A stretch of 64,000 bases of DNA. It comes from an uncultured virus (IMG/VR IMGVR_UViG_3300027851_000026) (Duplodnaviria > Heunggongvirae > Uroviricota > Caudoviricetes). The notes beneath the pieces are model-generated. The model was given only the letters and a program-made list of their open reading frames with translations. It was not told where the DNA came from and searched no databases. The stretch lies in IMG/VR virus record IMGVR_UViG_3300027851_000026; one strand, written 5' to 3'. Below are positions 31,269 to 40,947 of this stretch, piece after piece; the first letter of the stretch is position 1, and each line of letters begins with the position of its first letter. Position numbers and translations under genes: made by a program.

Positions 31269-31496
31269 CTATTCTCCCACAACATCATTAGACTCTTCAA
31301 AGACACCGATACTGAAGTGCCTAGACAATGCTCCACGTGGAATGAGTTTGAGAAAAGTGTCTACTTTTTCCATAGTAAATGCGTCTCGATTCCATGCATC
31401 TTCACCACGATTGCAGAACGCAATCTCAAGAACGCTACGTGTCTCACCATCTGTGTACTTGAGACGCAGCATCTTAGCTTTCTTTTGAATCGTCAT
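31269..31496 (-). CDS. Hypothetical protein
   Basis: GGAG upstream of MTIQKK. Confidence 0.5.
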   Translation of the reverse strand: MTIQKKAKMLRLKYTDGETRSVLEIAFCNRGEDAWNRDAFTMEKVDTFLKLIPRGALSRHFSIGVFEESNDVVGE

Positions 31497-31869
31497 TTTC
31501 AATCTCCGTGTGTTCGATGCGTACTTCGCCGTCGCTTGCAATGAAGATGAGTGAACGTGCTTCGTTCATCAACTCTTCACAGTCGCGTGTCTCAGCTTCT
31601 AGTGTAGTGAGCAAGCGGTCAAGCTTTTTCAAGATGCGATCAAGTGACTTGTGTTCCTTCGCTGTCTTCGCAATCTTGCTCGATGTCTTTGCGCGTGTGA
31701 CCTTCTCTACGACGGCATTGCGCCGAGCCTGTAGAGCGGTGATCCATGTCTGGAATTCGTTGATGGTGATCTGTGCAATGTGTGTGCGGTGTGTGGGGGA
31801 GTCGCCAGCGAGTGTGTTTTGGGGAGTGGGGAATGCGGCAACGTGTGCCGTGGGTGCAACTTCGGACAT
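31474..31869 (-). CDS. Hypothetical coiled-coil protein
   Basis: ORF in operon. Confidence 0.6.
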   Translation of the reverse strand: MSEVAPTAHVAAFPTPQNTLAGDSPTHRTHIAQITINEFQTWITALQARRNAVVEKVTRAKTSSKIAKTAKEHKSLDRILKKLDRLLTTLEAETRDCEELMNEARSLIFIASDGEVRIEHTEIENDDSKES

Positions 31870-31871
31870 GT

Positions 31872-32111
31872 TTAGTCCCTTGAACTGACATTCTTGTTTT
31901 TGCCAGCGAGAGCGGTTTCTATTTGCTTCTTGATATCAAGTTCTGCCGCTGCCTCGGTTGCGTGCTCGTTCTTGTAATCGATAGGATAGACGAGCCGTAA
32001 AACAGCCTGCCATACTTTGAGGGCAGGACGGTATTCGATAGTGCCATGTAGACCTTTCCACCGAATGATGCGTCGTCGCGGTGGTACTTTTACTACGTTA
32101 TGTTGTGACAT
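31872..32111 (-). CDS. Hypothetical protein
   Basis: GGAG RBS before MSQHN. Confidence 0.6.
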   Translation of the reverse strand: MSQHNVVKVPPRRRIIRWKGLHGTIEYRPALKVWQAVLRLVYPIDYKNEHATEAAAELDIKKQIETALAGKNKNVSSRD

Positions 32112-32299
32112 GTTCTCCGCGTGTGTTAGAATAAATGTGGCACTGCCGCCACCCGCCTCACCACTACTATACACGCTCCGGGGAGTGCAGCGCGATAGCG
32201 TTCTGTTTATCAAGCCGCCTCAACAGATGGTAGGTGACACCTGATCTCTCCGCAGCTACCTTCACAGGTCAGGGCTACGCCCAGCAGAGAGACATTTAC

Positions 32300-32773
32300 T
32301 TACTCTGACACTACGGACGGAGTAAGGTAGATCACAGGAGAACCAACGTTCTCGCATGCCGTGACGAATGTAGACGCAGCATCAAGTGACATCTTCTGAT
32401 CCGTCATGAGTTTGGACAGTAGCTTCTGTCTGTCCACGCGAGTCTGTCCATTCTGCGCACGAGCATTGAGTGCAACATTATCCATGACATACGACTCATT
32501 CGTACCGGGAGAGAGTTGCTTGATCTTGGGAATGCACGTGTACAGCTTCGCTTTGGCTTTCTCGTAGCGAGCTTCGGCATGCTTCTTCACAAGACCGGAC
32601 ACGAGTAGTTCAGCGACGGCACTGTGCTTCGCCATGTATTCATCACGCTGTTCATTGTTCGTCGCAATCTCAGCGGGAACAGTAGGATCAGCAAGCTTCG
32701 TGCCGTTGAATGTACCGATCTTGTCAACAGCGTCAGTGACACGCTTGCTGTACGGGAGAGTGCTCTTTGCCAT
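32300..32773 (-). CDS. Hypothetical protein
   Basis: AAGGA RBS. Confidence 0.65.
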   Translation of the reverse strand: MAKSTLPYSKRVTDAVDKIGTFNGTKLADPTVPAEIATNNEQRDEYMAKHSAVAELLVSGLVKKHAEARYEKAKAKLYTCIPKIKQLSPGTNESYVMDNVALNARAQNGQTRVDRQKLLSKLMTDQKMSLDAASTFVTACENVGSPVIYLTPSVVSE

Positions 32774-32814
32774 AGGTAGTATCCTTGTGTGTTCAGGCGT
32801 CTACTGGTAGTAGA

Positions 32815-33036
32815 CTAGGAGTTGGCTACGGTACGGGCAGCTTCTACCATAGCACGCTTGGCTACGTCAACAGCATTCGCAGCTTCTTTGAACTTTCTCA
32901 TCGCACGTTCTTTCGATTCGGCTGCGTTGTCGTACTTCGTGTATGCAGCAGTAAGCGCAGCACTCGCATTCTTAGCTACAGCTTCAGCTTTCTGCACGTC
33001 GTTCTGTAGCTTGCCTAGATCGATTGACTTATCCAT
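32815..33036 (-). CDS. Ala/Lys-rich coiled-coil protein
   Basis: GGAG RBS. Confidence 0.6.
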   Translation of the reverse strand: MDKSIDLGKLQNDVQKAEAVAKNASAALTAAYTKYDNAAESKERAMRKFKEAANAVDVAKRAMVEAARTVANS

Positions 33037-33601
33037 CTTTGATCACTCCACTTTCAGTAAGCTCTCTGTCACGTGCGTCGAGAGCATCACGCAACTCTTT
33101 GTGTCGTGCACCACTCAACAAATCAGTGACTGCTTGCCGTGACACATTGATCTTGTGTTTGTACGCTACTCTGTCTGCGACTTGCTTCTGTGTCCACTCT
33201 GGGAACCTGTTTGATATGTCTATTATATCACGGATTACGTCAACTGTCAAGCCTTTGCGACCATGTAGCATCGCATCGAGCATGTTTTGCTCATGTGTGC
33301 CAGGAAGTAGATGATCAGGACGGCAACAGAGTGGATTGTCTACGTGTCTACCGAGTGCGTCCTTGCATTTGTGTCGAATTACTTCACGTGAATTGTCAAT
33401 GTCCCAGTCAGGATGAACACATTTGTACGCAGCACGATACGCGATGATCTTCTTGCCACCTACGCTGATGTACGGAATGCCCTTACTGCTTACTCCTGCG
33501 GTCCACAGCCAACATGTAACCGGATGGACCGGCTTCAAGTTGAGATGTCGAAACACGTCCGTCAGTGTGTTTTTGGCTGGCACGATGTTTCTCCGCGTCA
33601 C
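33029..33601 (-). CDS. HNH (His-Cys box) endonuclease with C-terminal HTH
   Basis: CWLW...Y, RH.C...NPLCC.P.HL..GT...N..D. Confidence 0.8.
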   Translation of the reverse strand: MTRRNIVPAKNTLTDVFRHLNLKPVHPVTCWLWTAGVSSKGIPYISVGGKKIIAYRAAYKCVHPDWDIDNSREVIRHKCKDALGRHVDNPLCCRPDHLLPGTHEQNMLDAMLHGRKGLTVDVIRDIIDISNRFPEWTQKQVADRVAYKHKINVSRQAVTDLLSGARHKELRDALDARDRELTESGVIKDG

Positions 33602-33633
33602 GTATCCATTCGTCTTGCTCTTTCAGTTCACCG

Positions 33634-34095
33634 CTAGCGTCCCGCTGTAACCAAGTTCGCTCTGCATGTGCCTGTGCTAATGCACTGAGCAGTCGATAGG
33701 CAGCGTCCGCATCCTCTTGGCTTCGGAATGCTAAAACGATTTGCTTGTTCTCTGGACTTCTCACGTACAACGGCGTCGGCATATTCTCGCGGGACGATTC
33801 TGTTGCCGACGATGGTAAGCTTGGTCGGGTCGTAAGAGCGCGTGACATGTTTCTCACCTTTCTTCCTCAACTCAATGTGCACTTCATAGCCACATGCCGT
33901 GATCCATGACAAGATGCGATCCCAGCTAACACGCCATTTGTTGCCGTTTGTTTGTGCAATGTGATAGCGTGTGTCTCTCAGCATGCGTGGTTCATCGATA
34001 TCAGCGAGCACCATGATATCGAGTTTGTCTTTGCCTTGCTCTGCCATTGCATCGATCAGAGCAATGCGGAGGTCATCGCGTGATTTGAGTTTCAT
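33634..34095 (-). CDS. Hypothetical protein (possible HTH); 3' end uncertain
   Basis: ATGA-coupled ORF; competing frame over the 3' half. Confidence 0.45.
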   Translation of the reverse strand: MKLKSRDDLRIALIDAMAEQGKDKLDIMVLADIDEPRMLRDTRYHIAQTNGNKWRVSWDRILSWITACGYEVHIELRKKGEKHVTRSYDPTKLTIVGNRIVPREYADAVVREKSREQANRFSIPKPRGCGRCLSTAQCISTGTCRANLVTAGR

Positions 34096-34313
34096 GGATC
34101 ACACTTCATACCGTTATCACGCCACCACTTCGGAATGTTGGCACACTTGCGAGAGTCAGCGACCATTTCTTGAATAGAACGCTCACGGTATGGTGTGACG
34201 TAGCCATTGCTGACAGGTGGCGTGGGTCGCTGTGTCTGTGGAGTGATCATAGCTACAGGTGGACCACTGTTGCCGCAGTATAGCATCACGCCGATCATGA
34301 AACAGTTGAGCAT
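34092..34313 (-). CDS. Hypothetical small protein
   Basis: AGGAG RBS. Confidence 0.5.
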   Translation of the reverse strand: MLNCFMIGVMLYCGNSGPPVAMITPQTQRPTPPVSNGYVTPYRERSIQEMVADSRKCANIPKWWRDNGMKCDP

Positions 34314-34762
34314 GTCATTCTCCTTTGACTTCTTTCATGTTTGGCTGCACGATCGTATAACACGACGTTGACTGTAGCAGCAAGGTTCATACAGTTACGA
34401 GTTGGGACCATCACGCTATACTTACACCAACTCAGCACGGCTTTACCTAGTGTACCGTCTTCTGGGCCAAACACATAGAAAGCTCGAATAGGATGCTGAA
34501 AAGCTGCTAGAGATGTTGCCCCTTCTACTAAGTCAACAGCAATCGGTACACAATCATATGGAACAAGATCATGTAGATTCTCACCGCGTAAAACAGGAAT
34601 GTGCTTGAATGTGTTCGTAGTATCAAGAGATGATTTGATAGGTGAGCGTTCACCTTGAATAGCTACCATTGCCGCTTCGTAGCAATATGCTGCCCGCAAT
34701 ACTGATCCTACGTTGTGATGCGATTTTGGACGAATCAATCCGATAGCAGCATAGCCACGCAT
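34295..34762 (-). CDS. SpoU/TrmH-family RNA methyltransferase
   Basis: NVGSVLRAA, YVFGPEDG, MNLAATVNVVLYDR SPOUT motifs. Confidence 0.88.
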   Translation of the reverse strand: MRGYAAIGLIRPKSHHNVGSVLRAAYCYEAAMVAIQGERSPIKSSLDTTNTFKHIPVLRGENLHDLVPYDCVPIAVDLVEGATSLAAFQHPIRAFYVFGPEDGTLGKAVLSWCKYSVMVPTRNCMNLAATVNVVLYDRAAKHERSQRRMTCSTVS

Positions 34763-34763
34763 G

Positions 34764-34988
34764 TCATGTCTCCACAATGTTCCATACACGACCGAATCGA
34801 CGCACACGCACGATGCATGGATGTGTATAAGGTGTGGTGAACGCGGCACGAGGCACACCGTACCACAGTGACGTGTGTAGCGTGTTCGTCAAGCGATTGG
34901 CACTTGCCACGTCACGCTTCCAGTATTCATTGATGCGATCAGCGAGGCGTACGCTGGATACATCGATTACTTTCTCGCCGTTTCTCAT
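34764..34988 (-). CDS. Hypothetical protein
   Basis: GGAG RBS before MRNGEK. Confidence 0.5.
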   Translation of the reverse strand: MRNGEKVIDVSSVRLADRINEYWKRDVASANRLTNTLHTSLWYGVPRAAFTTPYTHPCIVRVRRFGRVWNIVET

Positions 34989-35071
34989 TTCACTCTCCAA
35001 GTAACCAAGCAAACACTGCAAACACGAATGCAAGCAATGCAAGGAATGCGGCCGCAAGTAGCAGCATTAAG

Positions 35072-35308
35072 CTAAGAGACACGGACACGTTCCTCGCTGC
35101 CATCAGGTCGGATAGTCACACGATCGATGCGGCCATGATAGTGCAACTCTAAGAATGTGCCGTGTTGCAGCTGCCTATCATGATGTATCCACAACACATA
35201 GTGTGGATCGATGTTGTTGCCATCTTCTGTTGCGTGTTCTCCCGGCACATAGTGCAACTTCAACAACTTTGTGCTGGGAGGGATAGCAATTGGTATCGTC
35301 GCTTTCAT
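35072..35308 (-). CDS. Hypothetical protein
   Basis: ATGA-coupled ORF. Confidence 0.55.
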   Translation of the reverse strand: MKATIPIAIPPSTKLLKLHYVPGEHATEDGNNIDPHYVLWIHHDRQLQHGTFLELHYHGRIDRVTIRPDGSEERVRVS

Positions 35309-35499
35309 TTCTTCTCTCGGTCAATCTTATCGAGTTCACGAGATACAGCTACGTGGAACATAGTTGTCTTGAACTTAGGATTACGGCGAGCAAACTCTGC
35401 TGCAATATCCTGACTCAAGTATGTATAGCTGCGATGATGATCGCGTCTCAACTTAGCAATGATGACAGCGATCTCTTCGTAATGACGCTTCTCTAACAT
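35305..35499 (-). CDS. Small early protein
   Basis: First gene after promoter; NPKF....F motif. Confidence 0.65.
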   Translation of the reverse strand: MLEKRHYEEIAVIIAKLRRDHHRSYTYLSQDIAAEFARRNPKFKTTMFHVAVSRELDKIDREKK

Positions 35500-35525
35500 T
35501 GCTATCCCTCTCGTTTTGATGATTG

Positions 35526-35554
35526 ATTATACCACATCAATCAGTGAATGTCAA
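35526..35554 (-). promoter_or_regulatory. Consensus sigma70 promoter
   Basis: TTGACA-17-TATAAT with extended -10 TG. Confidence 0.9.
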
Positions 35555-35559
35555 GTGTT

Positions 35560-35781
35560 TTACCACTTATAATCCTTGTTCAAGCGGTGTCGAATCTTTA
35601 CAACTCCGCTCGGAAAGAGAGTGGTGCACGCTACATATAAGCGACGTGCTTTACCGTTTCTCTCTTTGTGTCGCTCAATCATTCCAATGAGTGTTGGAGT
35701 AAGTGAACTATGACCAACGACTTGCTTTGCTTCGTCAAGCAATTCGATATGTGTGTCGCTAACGATTACTCGGCAGATCAT
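35560..35781 (-). CDS. Hypothetical protein
   Basis: ATGA-coupled ORF. Confidence 0.5.
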   Translation of the reverse strand: MICRVIVSDTHIELLDEAKQVVGHSSLTPTLIGMIERHKERNGKARRLYVACTTLFPSGVVKIRHRLNKDYKW

Positions 35782-36743
35782 CGTGCCATCTCCAATGCAA
35801 GATCGAGTGCTTGCTGCTTCAACTTAAATCCATTGCCGAACCACGTGCTGTTGAGTTGCTTGCTCTTGTCAGCACGTGACTTATCGTGATCGACCATGTA
35901 CGTGATGGCGTTGTATCCATGCCACCATGTGCCTTCGTTGGCTCGCACACTTACCTGGGTAGCAAGTGCTTGGACAGCCTTATCGTAATTGCGGGGACGA
36001 GTTGTTTCCCCTGTTGCGGCATTCGTTGTCTGCGGAAAGAGACGATCAACGAACCGTGTAAACGCAAGGTCGTCCATGCTACGTGACACGAGAAGTTCTG
36101 CGCGCTCCTGAAACTCTGCAAGCTGTCGCGAGGCAAGGCCAAGATGCTGTTTAGCCACTTCAGGATTGAACTTGGTACGGTGGTGGATACGAAATTCGTT
36201 TCCTGATCCACCATGTGCAAGCGCAAGCGTGTTGGCGCATACGACACGAATAGGCGTGAACTTTGCTCGTCCAGCGTGACCGTCGTGGCTATTACTGAAC
36301 AAGAGATATCCGGACACAGTATCACCGTGTCGAAGCGTGAACCCTTCTTTGATAGACGCAAGTGCCCACACGGTCTTACCATAGTTCAGCACTCCACCTG
36401 TTTCCATGTCCATGCTTCCTGCTTCACAGAACTCACGAAAGAAGTCGAACACTTCGCTGTTTTGCACAGGCTTGTACTGGCCGCTCACGATGTTGAGTAC
36501 ATAGTGATTGTCGCTGCGTGCGAGAGCATAGGTGCCATCGACTTCACGAGTAGCGTGAACATCGCTGGCGTTGCTACGCATGTACAGCTTGCGCTTCTGT
36601 GCTTTCCAGTCAGCACCAGCACGCTTCAAGAAGTCATCAGTGGTGACGACTTCATTACGGTCGATAGCTACACCGAGACCATGCCACGGTGTATCAGCAC
36701 GTTCACCAAAGCGATATGCCATCGTTTCTACATTCGCGCTCAT
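35778..36743 (-). CDS. DUF932-family phage/plasmid protein
   Basis: PWHGLG, Y.PVQN, ET.G.L..G, NSHDG, TPIRVVCANTL. Confidence 0.9.
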   Translation of the reverse strand: MSANVETMAYRFGERADTPWHGLGVAIDRNEVVTTDDFLKRAGADWKAQKRKLYMRSNASDVHATREVDGTYALARSDNHYVLNIVSGQYKPVQNSEVFDFFREFCEAGSMDMETGGVLNYGKTVWALASIKEGFTLRHGDTVSGYLLFSNSHDGHAGRAKFTPIRVVCANTLALAHGGSGNEFRIHHRTKFNPEVAKQHLGLASRQLAEFQERAELLVSRSMDDLAFTRFVDRLFPQTTNAATGETTRPRNYDKAVQALATQVSVRANEGTWWHGYNAITYMVDHDKSRADKSKQLNSTWFGNGFKLKQQALDLALEMAR

Positions 36744-36997
36744 TGTACAGGCTTCCCGTTCTTGTTCACAGGCACGCTGCCTTCAGGTGCACGGAACTGA
36801 TTGTGTGGATTACCGAGGATCATCGAAGCATAAGGGAATGTATTGATCCCCTCATCACCTTTGTCATCGACATAGCAGATGATATACGCATCACCTCCTG
36901 TGTCAGCACGCTTTGTCTCAACGAGGCACAGCTTTCCTGCAGCAGCAGCCTCACATAGACCGTGAAAGAGCTTGGTCACACCAGCAGGAATACTCAT
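36740..36997 (-). CDS. Hypothetical protein
   Basis: ATGA-coupled ORF with RBS. Confidence 0.6.
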   Translation of the reverse strand: MSIPAGVTKLFHGLCEAAAAGKLCLVETKRADTGGDAYIICYVDDKGDEGINTFPYASMILGNPHNQFRAPEGSVPVNKNGKPVQ

Positions 36998-38259
36998 GCG
37001 TTCTCTCCTGTGATCAGCTTGAGTACCGTGTCATTGTACTTAGCGATGCGAGTTGCTTCATCTCCACTCTCTGCACTGATACTGATGTACACATCAATGA
37101 GTGCTCGAACTACTCGTGTGCTCCAATTGTGATCTTCAAGCATTTCAGGATTGATGATCACCATGCGATGTCGATAGTTGATCATGGATTCATGTTCTAG
37201 ATCACGTGAGAAGTTGAATTCGTAGCGTGAGAACTTGAGTCCAGCTTTGAGCATGATGTCCATGCTTGTGTTGAACCGCATTTCCTGAGCCTCACTCAAT
37301 GCACACGGCTTGTACATCTTGAGAGGTTCATGATCACGCATATGCTTCTCACAGAACTTCGCAAGACCAGTGGGCATGTCACCCATACGATTCTTGTATA
37401 GAGCAAGTGCACGATCACGGAATAGTGGAGTCGTGCGGTCATCTTCACTGAATGGAAGTAAATGCTCACGCTTGTCTTCATCACATGATGCATCGAGGAT
37501 CGTATCGATGATGCTTTCATCTTTGCAATAGTCTTGCACATACATCAAGATACGGTGATTGAGATAGTACGAATCGACTGTACGATTCTCAGTCATGCTC
37601 AACGAACCGAGAATGTTGTACGTGTACGCGCTTCGAGTAGGCTTCGCGGCCACGTTGATACCACGATAGAACACAGCAAGACTGCTGCCGTTGTACACTT
37701 CAATGAGATGATCTTCAACAGCGATAGGCTTGCGTGCCTTGTTGAGAAAGAAAGAAGCACGTGCTTCCCACTCAGTGAAGATCACGTCGCTGTCTACAGT
37801 GATGAGCGTGTATTCAGCAGGCGCATCGCTGTATCCCAGCTTGCCGTCGATGAGAGCGGGCTTGCGAAGAAGGTATTCACCCTCGACGATCTCACCTTGT
37901 TCATCGATGGTGTTGCTGTATAGCTCGCGGAGATACATCCACGGCTCCCATGTCTTGCCGTAGTCGAGTGTCATGGGACAGCGCATGATCTGTGTGTCTT
38001 TGCCCTCTTCATAGACATCACAGTAGACCATGTCTACATCTGATCCACGCAGAGATTCGGTCTTCTTGTAGAAACCGTAACGCTTGCCTGGCTGATTGAT
38101 GTCAATCTTGCCACCGAGACGTAGCACACCAGCAATTGCGTACTTCAATCCTGTGCCGAAGAAGCCGATGGGATTGTCTGTCTTCTTGATCGAAGCGCCC
38201 ATCGTGAAGATGAATGCTTCGTCGAGGATTGTAGGCGTGAAGAATGTGAGCTTGGACAT
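36994..38259 (-). CDS. GHKL-ATPase-like protein
   Basis: MGAS.K...IGFFGTGLKYAIA and RELYSNT.DE motifs. Confidence 0.7.
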   Translation of the reverse strand: MSKLTFFTPTILDEAFIFTMGASIKKTDNPIGFFGTGLKYAIAGVLRLGGKIDINQPGKRYGFYKKTESLRGSDVDMVYCDVYEEGKDTQIMRCPMTLDYGKTWEPWMYLRELYSNTIDEQGEIVEGEYLLRKPALIDGKLGYSDAPAEYTLITVDSDVIFTEWEARASFFLNKARKPIAVEDHLIEVYNGSSLAVFYRGINVAAKPTRSAYTYNILGSLSMTENRTVDSYYLNHRILMYVQDYCKDESIIDTILDASCDEDKREHLLPFSEDDRTTPLFRDRALALYKNRMGDMPTGLAKFCEKHMRDHEPLKMYKPCALSEAQEMRFNTSMDIMLKAGLKFSRYEFNFSRDLEHESMINYRHRMVIINPEMLEDHNWSTRVVRALIDVYISISAESGDEATRIAKYNDTVLKLITGENA

Positions 38260-38260
38260 G

Positions 38261-38512
38261 TTAACGGCCTCGATTGTGTCGATGAATGCGCTTGAGTTCA
38301 TCAATGCGCTGAGAGATGAGAAACACTTGGTTCGTGCGCCAATGTTTGATGATTGACGTGTTGTGTTGTGCAGGAGCAGCACGATTGAATCGCTTTGCTT
38401 CTGCTTCTAGTGAGTTGATCGATGTCCAGTGTCCGTATGGATTGGAGTAGTCAATCACTTGCTGTAGCTGCTGTTCAGCCATCTCAATCACCATCTTTGC
38501 TCTCTGATACAC
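38261..38512 (-). CDS. Hypothetical protein
   Basis: ORF in operon; start uncertain. Confidence 0.45.
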   Translation of the reverse strand: MYQRAKMVIEMAEQQLQQVIDYSNPYGHWTSINSLEAEAKRFNRAAPAQHNTSIIKHWRTNQVFLISQRIDELKRIHRHNRGR

Positions 38513-38741
38513 ACGCTAGAATGTATCGCTCTTCACGCCAGATGCGTTCAAGTTCAGCGATGCACTCTTTAAGTATGAGCTTGCGGCCTCTGAAGCATGC
38601 ACCTTGTCCTGCATCTTCACAGTACATGACACGCCACATGCGCTCACGTGTACTTGGTCGTGGCTTGTCTTGTCCGAAGACATTTGAAGCCATGATCAAG
38701 ACGCACGTGAGCGCGATGATGTAGGGGAGGTATCTAGACAT
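38484..38741 (-). CDS. Hypothetical signal-peptide protein
   Basis: MSRYLPYIIALTCVLIMA hydrophobic N-terminus. Confidence 0.5.
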   Translation of the reverse strand: MSRYLPYIIALTCVLIMASNVFGQDKPRPSTRERMWRVMYCEDAGQGACFRGRKLILKECIAELERIWREERYILACVSESKDGD

Positions 38742-39327
38742 GGATATTCGATATCCAACGCTGTGGCAGATGAGGCTCCCACGGTGCACAATAGCTCTTC
38801 CGAGTGGCTACAAGATGAAACTTGTTCGGCGTCTTGCACCACAACTTGTAATGAGTGATCTTCATATCACCGTTTCGTGCATCAACTTCATGATTGCACT
38901 GCTCCATAGATACGAAGCGTGGGTAACGCGGCGCGGGTGTAGAAGCACCACGCAATGCAGGTGCGATGCCGCTCATTTCTTCATGTGATACTTCTTCACG
39001 TGCTTCGATCATGTCATCAGCAAGTGTGAAGCCGGTAATACTTCTGACACACCAATCGATGTAGCTTGGATCGATGCGCTTCACTACGCCAGCAGTCTCA
39101 CCAGCGTACTTACCGAAAGGGAACACGAACTCTTCTGTCACCTCGTAATGTACAGGGAGTGCATCGTAGATCGCCTTGCGTAGAAACTCACTCTGATTGA
39201 GAGAGTTACGCTTGCAGTGATCGATGATACGTTCTTCTGTCGTCTTGGGGAATGTCAACTCAATGCGTGAGAAGCCATTCGGCACACGTGCACGACGTAC
39301 AGTGACAGTCTTCTTTCGCTTAGCCAT
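38734..39327 (-). CDS. RHH-like plus FPFGKY.G-domain protein
   Basis: SEFLRKAI; FPFGKYAGE...DPSYIDW. Confidence 0.6.
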   Translation of the reverse strand: MAKRKKTVTVRRARVPNGFSRIELTFPKTTEERIIDHCKRNSLNQSEFLRKAIYDALPVHYEVTEEFVFPFGKYAGETAGVVKRIDPSYIDWCVRSITGFTLADDMIEAREEVSHEEMSGIAPALRGASTPAPRYPRFVSMEQCNHEVDARNGDMKITHYKLWCKTPNKFHLVATRKSYCAPWEPHLPQRWISNIHV

Positions 39328-39338
39328 GTTCTTATTCC

Positions 39339-39740
39339 CTACCACGGAGTTGTGCCATGTTCAGCGATGCGCTTCTTACGAAACTCGCTGGTCTCATCCA
39401 TCATGTTGCACGTGAACTCATAGCCCTTAGCATTGAGCATGCTTCGGATGGATGTGAGGCCGTTCATGGTGTCATCAATCATCATCAGTACATATAGATC
39501 GATCAACTCATCGTCACTGTACGTGATGTTGAGAGCAGCAGCGAACTTGGACTGTTCGCGTACGAACGGTAGCACAGTGTCACGGTTCGTACGTGCGAAG
39601 TTGATGATGCTATCCACAGCATCACGTACGCATATCTGTGAAGATGCAGTTTTCTGACCGTACTCAGTGTGTGCTCGATTGCTCACCATCTCGATCAGTT
39701 CGATTGGCGACATCTGGCGATCAGTCTTCTTGTCTTCCAT
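39339..39740 (-). CDS. Hypothetical protein
   Basis: ORF in operon. Confidence 0.6.
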   Translation of the reverse strand: MEDKKTDRQMSPIELIEMVSNRAHTEYGQKTASSQICVRDAVDSIINFARTNRDTVLPFVREQSKFAAALNITYSDDELIDLYVLMMIDDTMNGLTSIRSMLNAKGYEFTCNMMDETSEFRKKRIAEHGTTPW

Positions 39741-39812
39741 GTTCAGTCTCATTACTTGAAGAGTGTGCTGTTAGTTTAAGCCACACAGCACTGATGACTG
39801 TAGTTGTGAGTG

Positions 39813-40346
39813 CTACTTGTCCTCTACTTCTTCACTCCACACAGGGGAGATGTTGGTGTATGCCTTCTTGTCCCAGTGCCGGGATAGCATATCACGACGC
39901 TGTTTAGCTCGATCTTCTGTGTTGAATTGCTCAAGCATATTCAACTCATCAGAATATGTGTAGCTGAACTTCCACACAGTCTTCATCTTAGGCTTTGGTG
40001 GAGTGGAGAGCGCGGCACGTAGCGCGTGGTACTCAGCACGATACACATCACCATGTCGAAACATGTGATCTTTGGCGTATTCCTTATCACGCTCAAGAAG
40101 ATTGTCGCCATACACACGATGACGTGCGATAGCCATTGTGTGCAGCAATTCATCTGTCGGTTGTTCAGGCATGATGGGCTGTTGCAGTGCATCACGTACA
40201 GCACACAGTAGATCATTACTGACAAGACGAGCCCATTCAGGATCGTTGCCTCGACGGCCGTACTTGATTACATTCTCAAGACGTTCGAGCAATGTCATAG
40301 TGTTGTCGCCATTGACATCTGGCTTTGCATCACCTGCACGCATCAC
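39813..40346 (-). CDS. Hypothetical protein
   Basis: ORF in operon. Confidence 0.55.
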   Translation of the reverse strand: MMRAGDAKPDVNGDNTMTLLERLENVIKYGRRGNDPEWARLVSNDLLCAVRDALQQPIMPEQPTDELLHTMAIARHRVYGDNLLERDKEYAKDHMFRHGDVYRAEYHALRAALSTPPKPKMKTVWKFSYTYSDELNMLEQFNTEDRAKQRRDMLSRHWDKKAYTNISPVWSEEVEDK

Positions 40347-40624
40347 GGCCTCACCACTTCAATGTACATCACATGCGGCACCTTCTCGATGCGGCCATTA
40401 CCCATCATGACAGGGCGTGTCGTGTTGACAGGCGTAGCATCGTAGTACATGCCCTTGCCTTCACCTACGCTAGTGATGCCGCACTTGATATGTGCGATGC
40501 ATCGAGCGAATGCGAATGGATCAGATCGATCAGCAGCAGCGTAGTTGCGTGCGCCGTCGAGCATGCGAGCATTGAGCTTCTTGAGAGCGGTCATTGTTCT
40601 TCTCATCACTACAGGATACAGCAT
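40343..40624 (-). CDS. Hypothetical protein
   Basis: ORF in operon; start uncertain. Confidence 0.5.
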   Translation of the reverse strand: MLYPVVMRRTMTALKKLNARMLDGARNYAAADRSDPFAFARCIAHIKCGITSVGEGKGMYYDATPVNTTRPVMMGNGRIEKVPHVMYIEVVRP

Positions 40625-40665
40625 TGATTAACGTGGTTGCTGTGTTACCCACGAGCGGAGCGAGT

Positions 40666-40878
40666 TTACGTGTCGCTCGGTTTCACATATGAACGAACGA
40701 GCTCGAAATACATGCGACGTGCTTTGCTGTACAATCCCCATCCACTATGAGGTGATCGAGTAGCACGAAACAGTTCGAGTTTGTGTCCATCTAATTCTAA
40801 TAGATGCAGCCCACTTTCCTTATCAAAGCGAACATAGCGATAGCCTGCATCTGCAAATGATTGTTTATCATTGAGCAT
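40666..40878 (-). CDS. Small early protein
   Basis: Follows promoter/RBS cassette. Confidence 0.65.
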   Translation of the reverse strand: MLNDKQSFADAGYRYVRFDKESGLHLLELDGHKLELFRATRSPHSGWGLYSKARRMYFELVRSYVKPSDT

Positions 40879-40904
40879 AGCTATCTCTCCCTCTTTCTGT
40901 ATTG

Positions 40905-40933
40905 ATTATACCACGTGTGCTCGTGTATGTCAA
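40905..40933 (-). promoter_or_regulatory. Consensus sigma70 promoter
   Basis: TTGACA-17-TATAAT with TG. Confidence 0.9.
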
Positions 40934-40947
40934 GTGTTGCAGTACTA

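Noticed and set aside
40651..40665. Phage 1 copy of the phage 2 hairpin element (GAGCGGAGCGAG)
   Set aside because: Too short; lacks the closing GGY/GCC stem and inner hairpin
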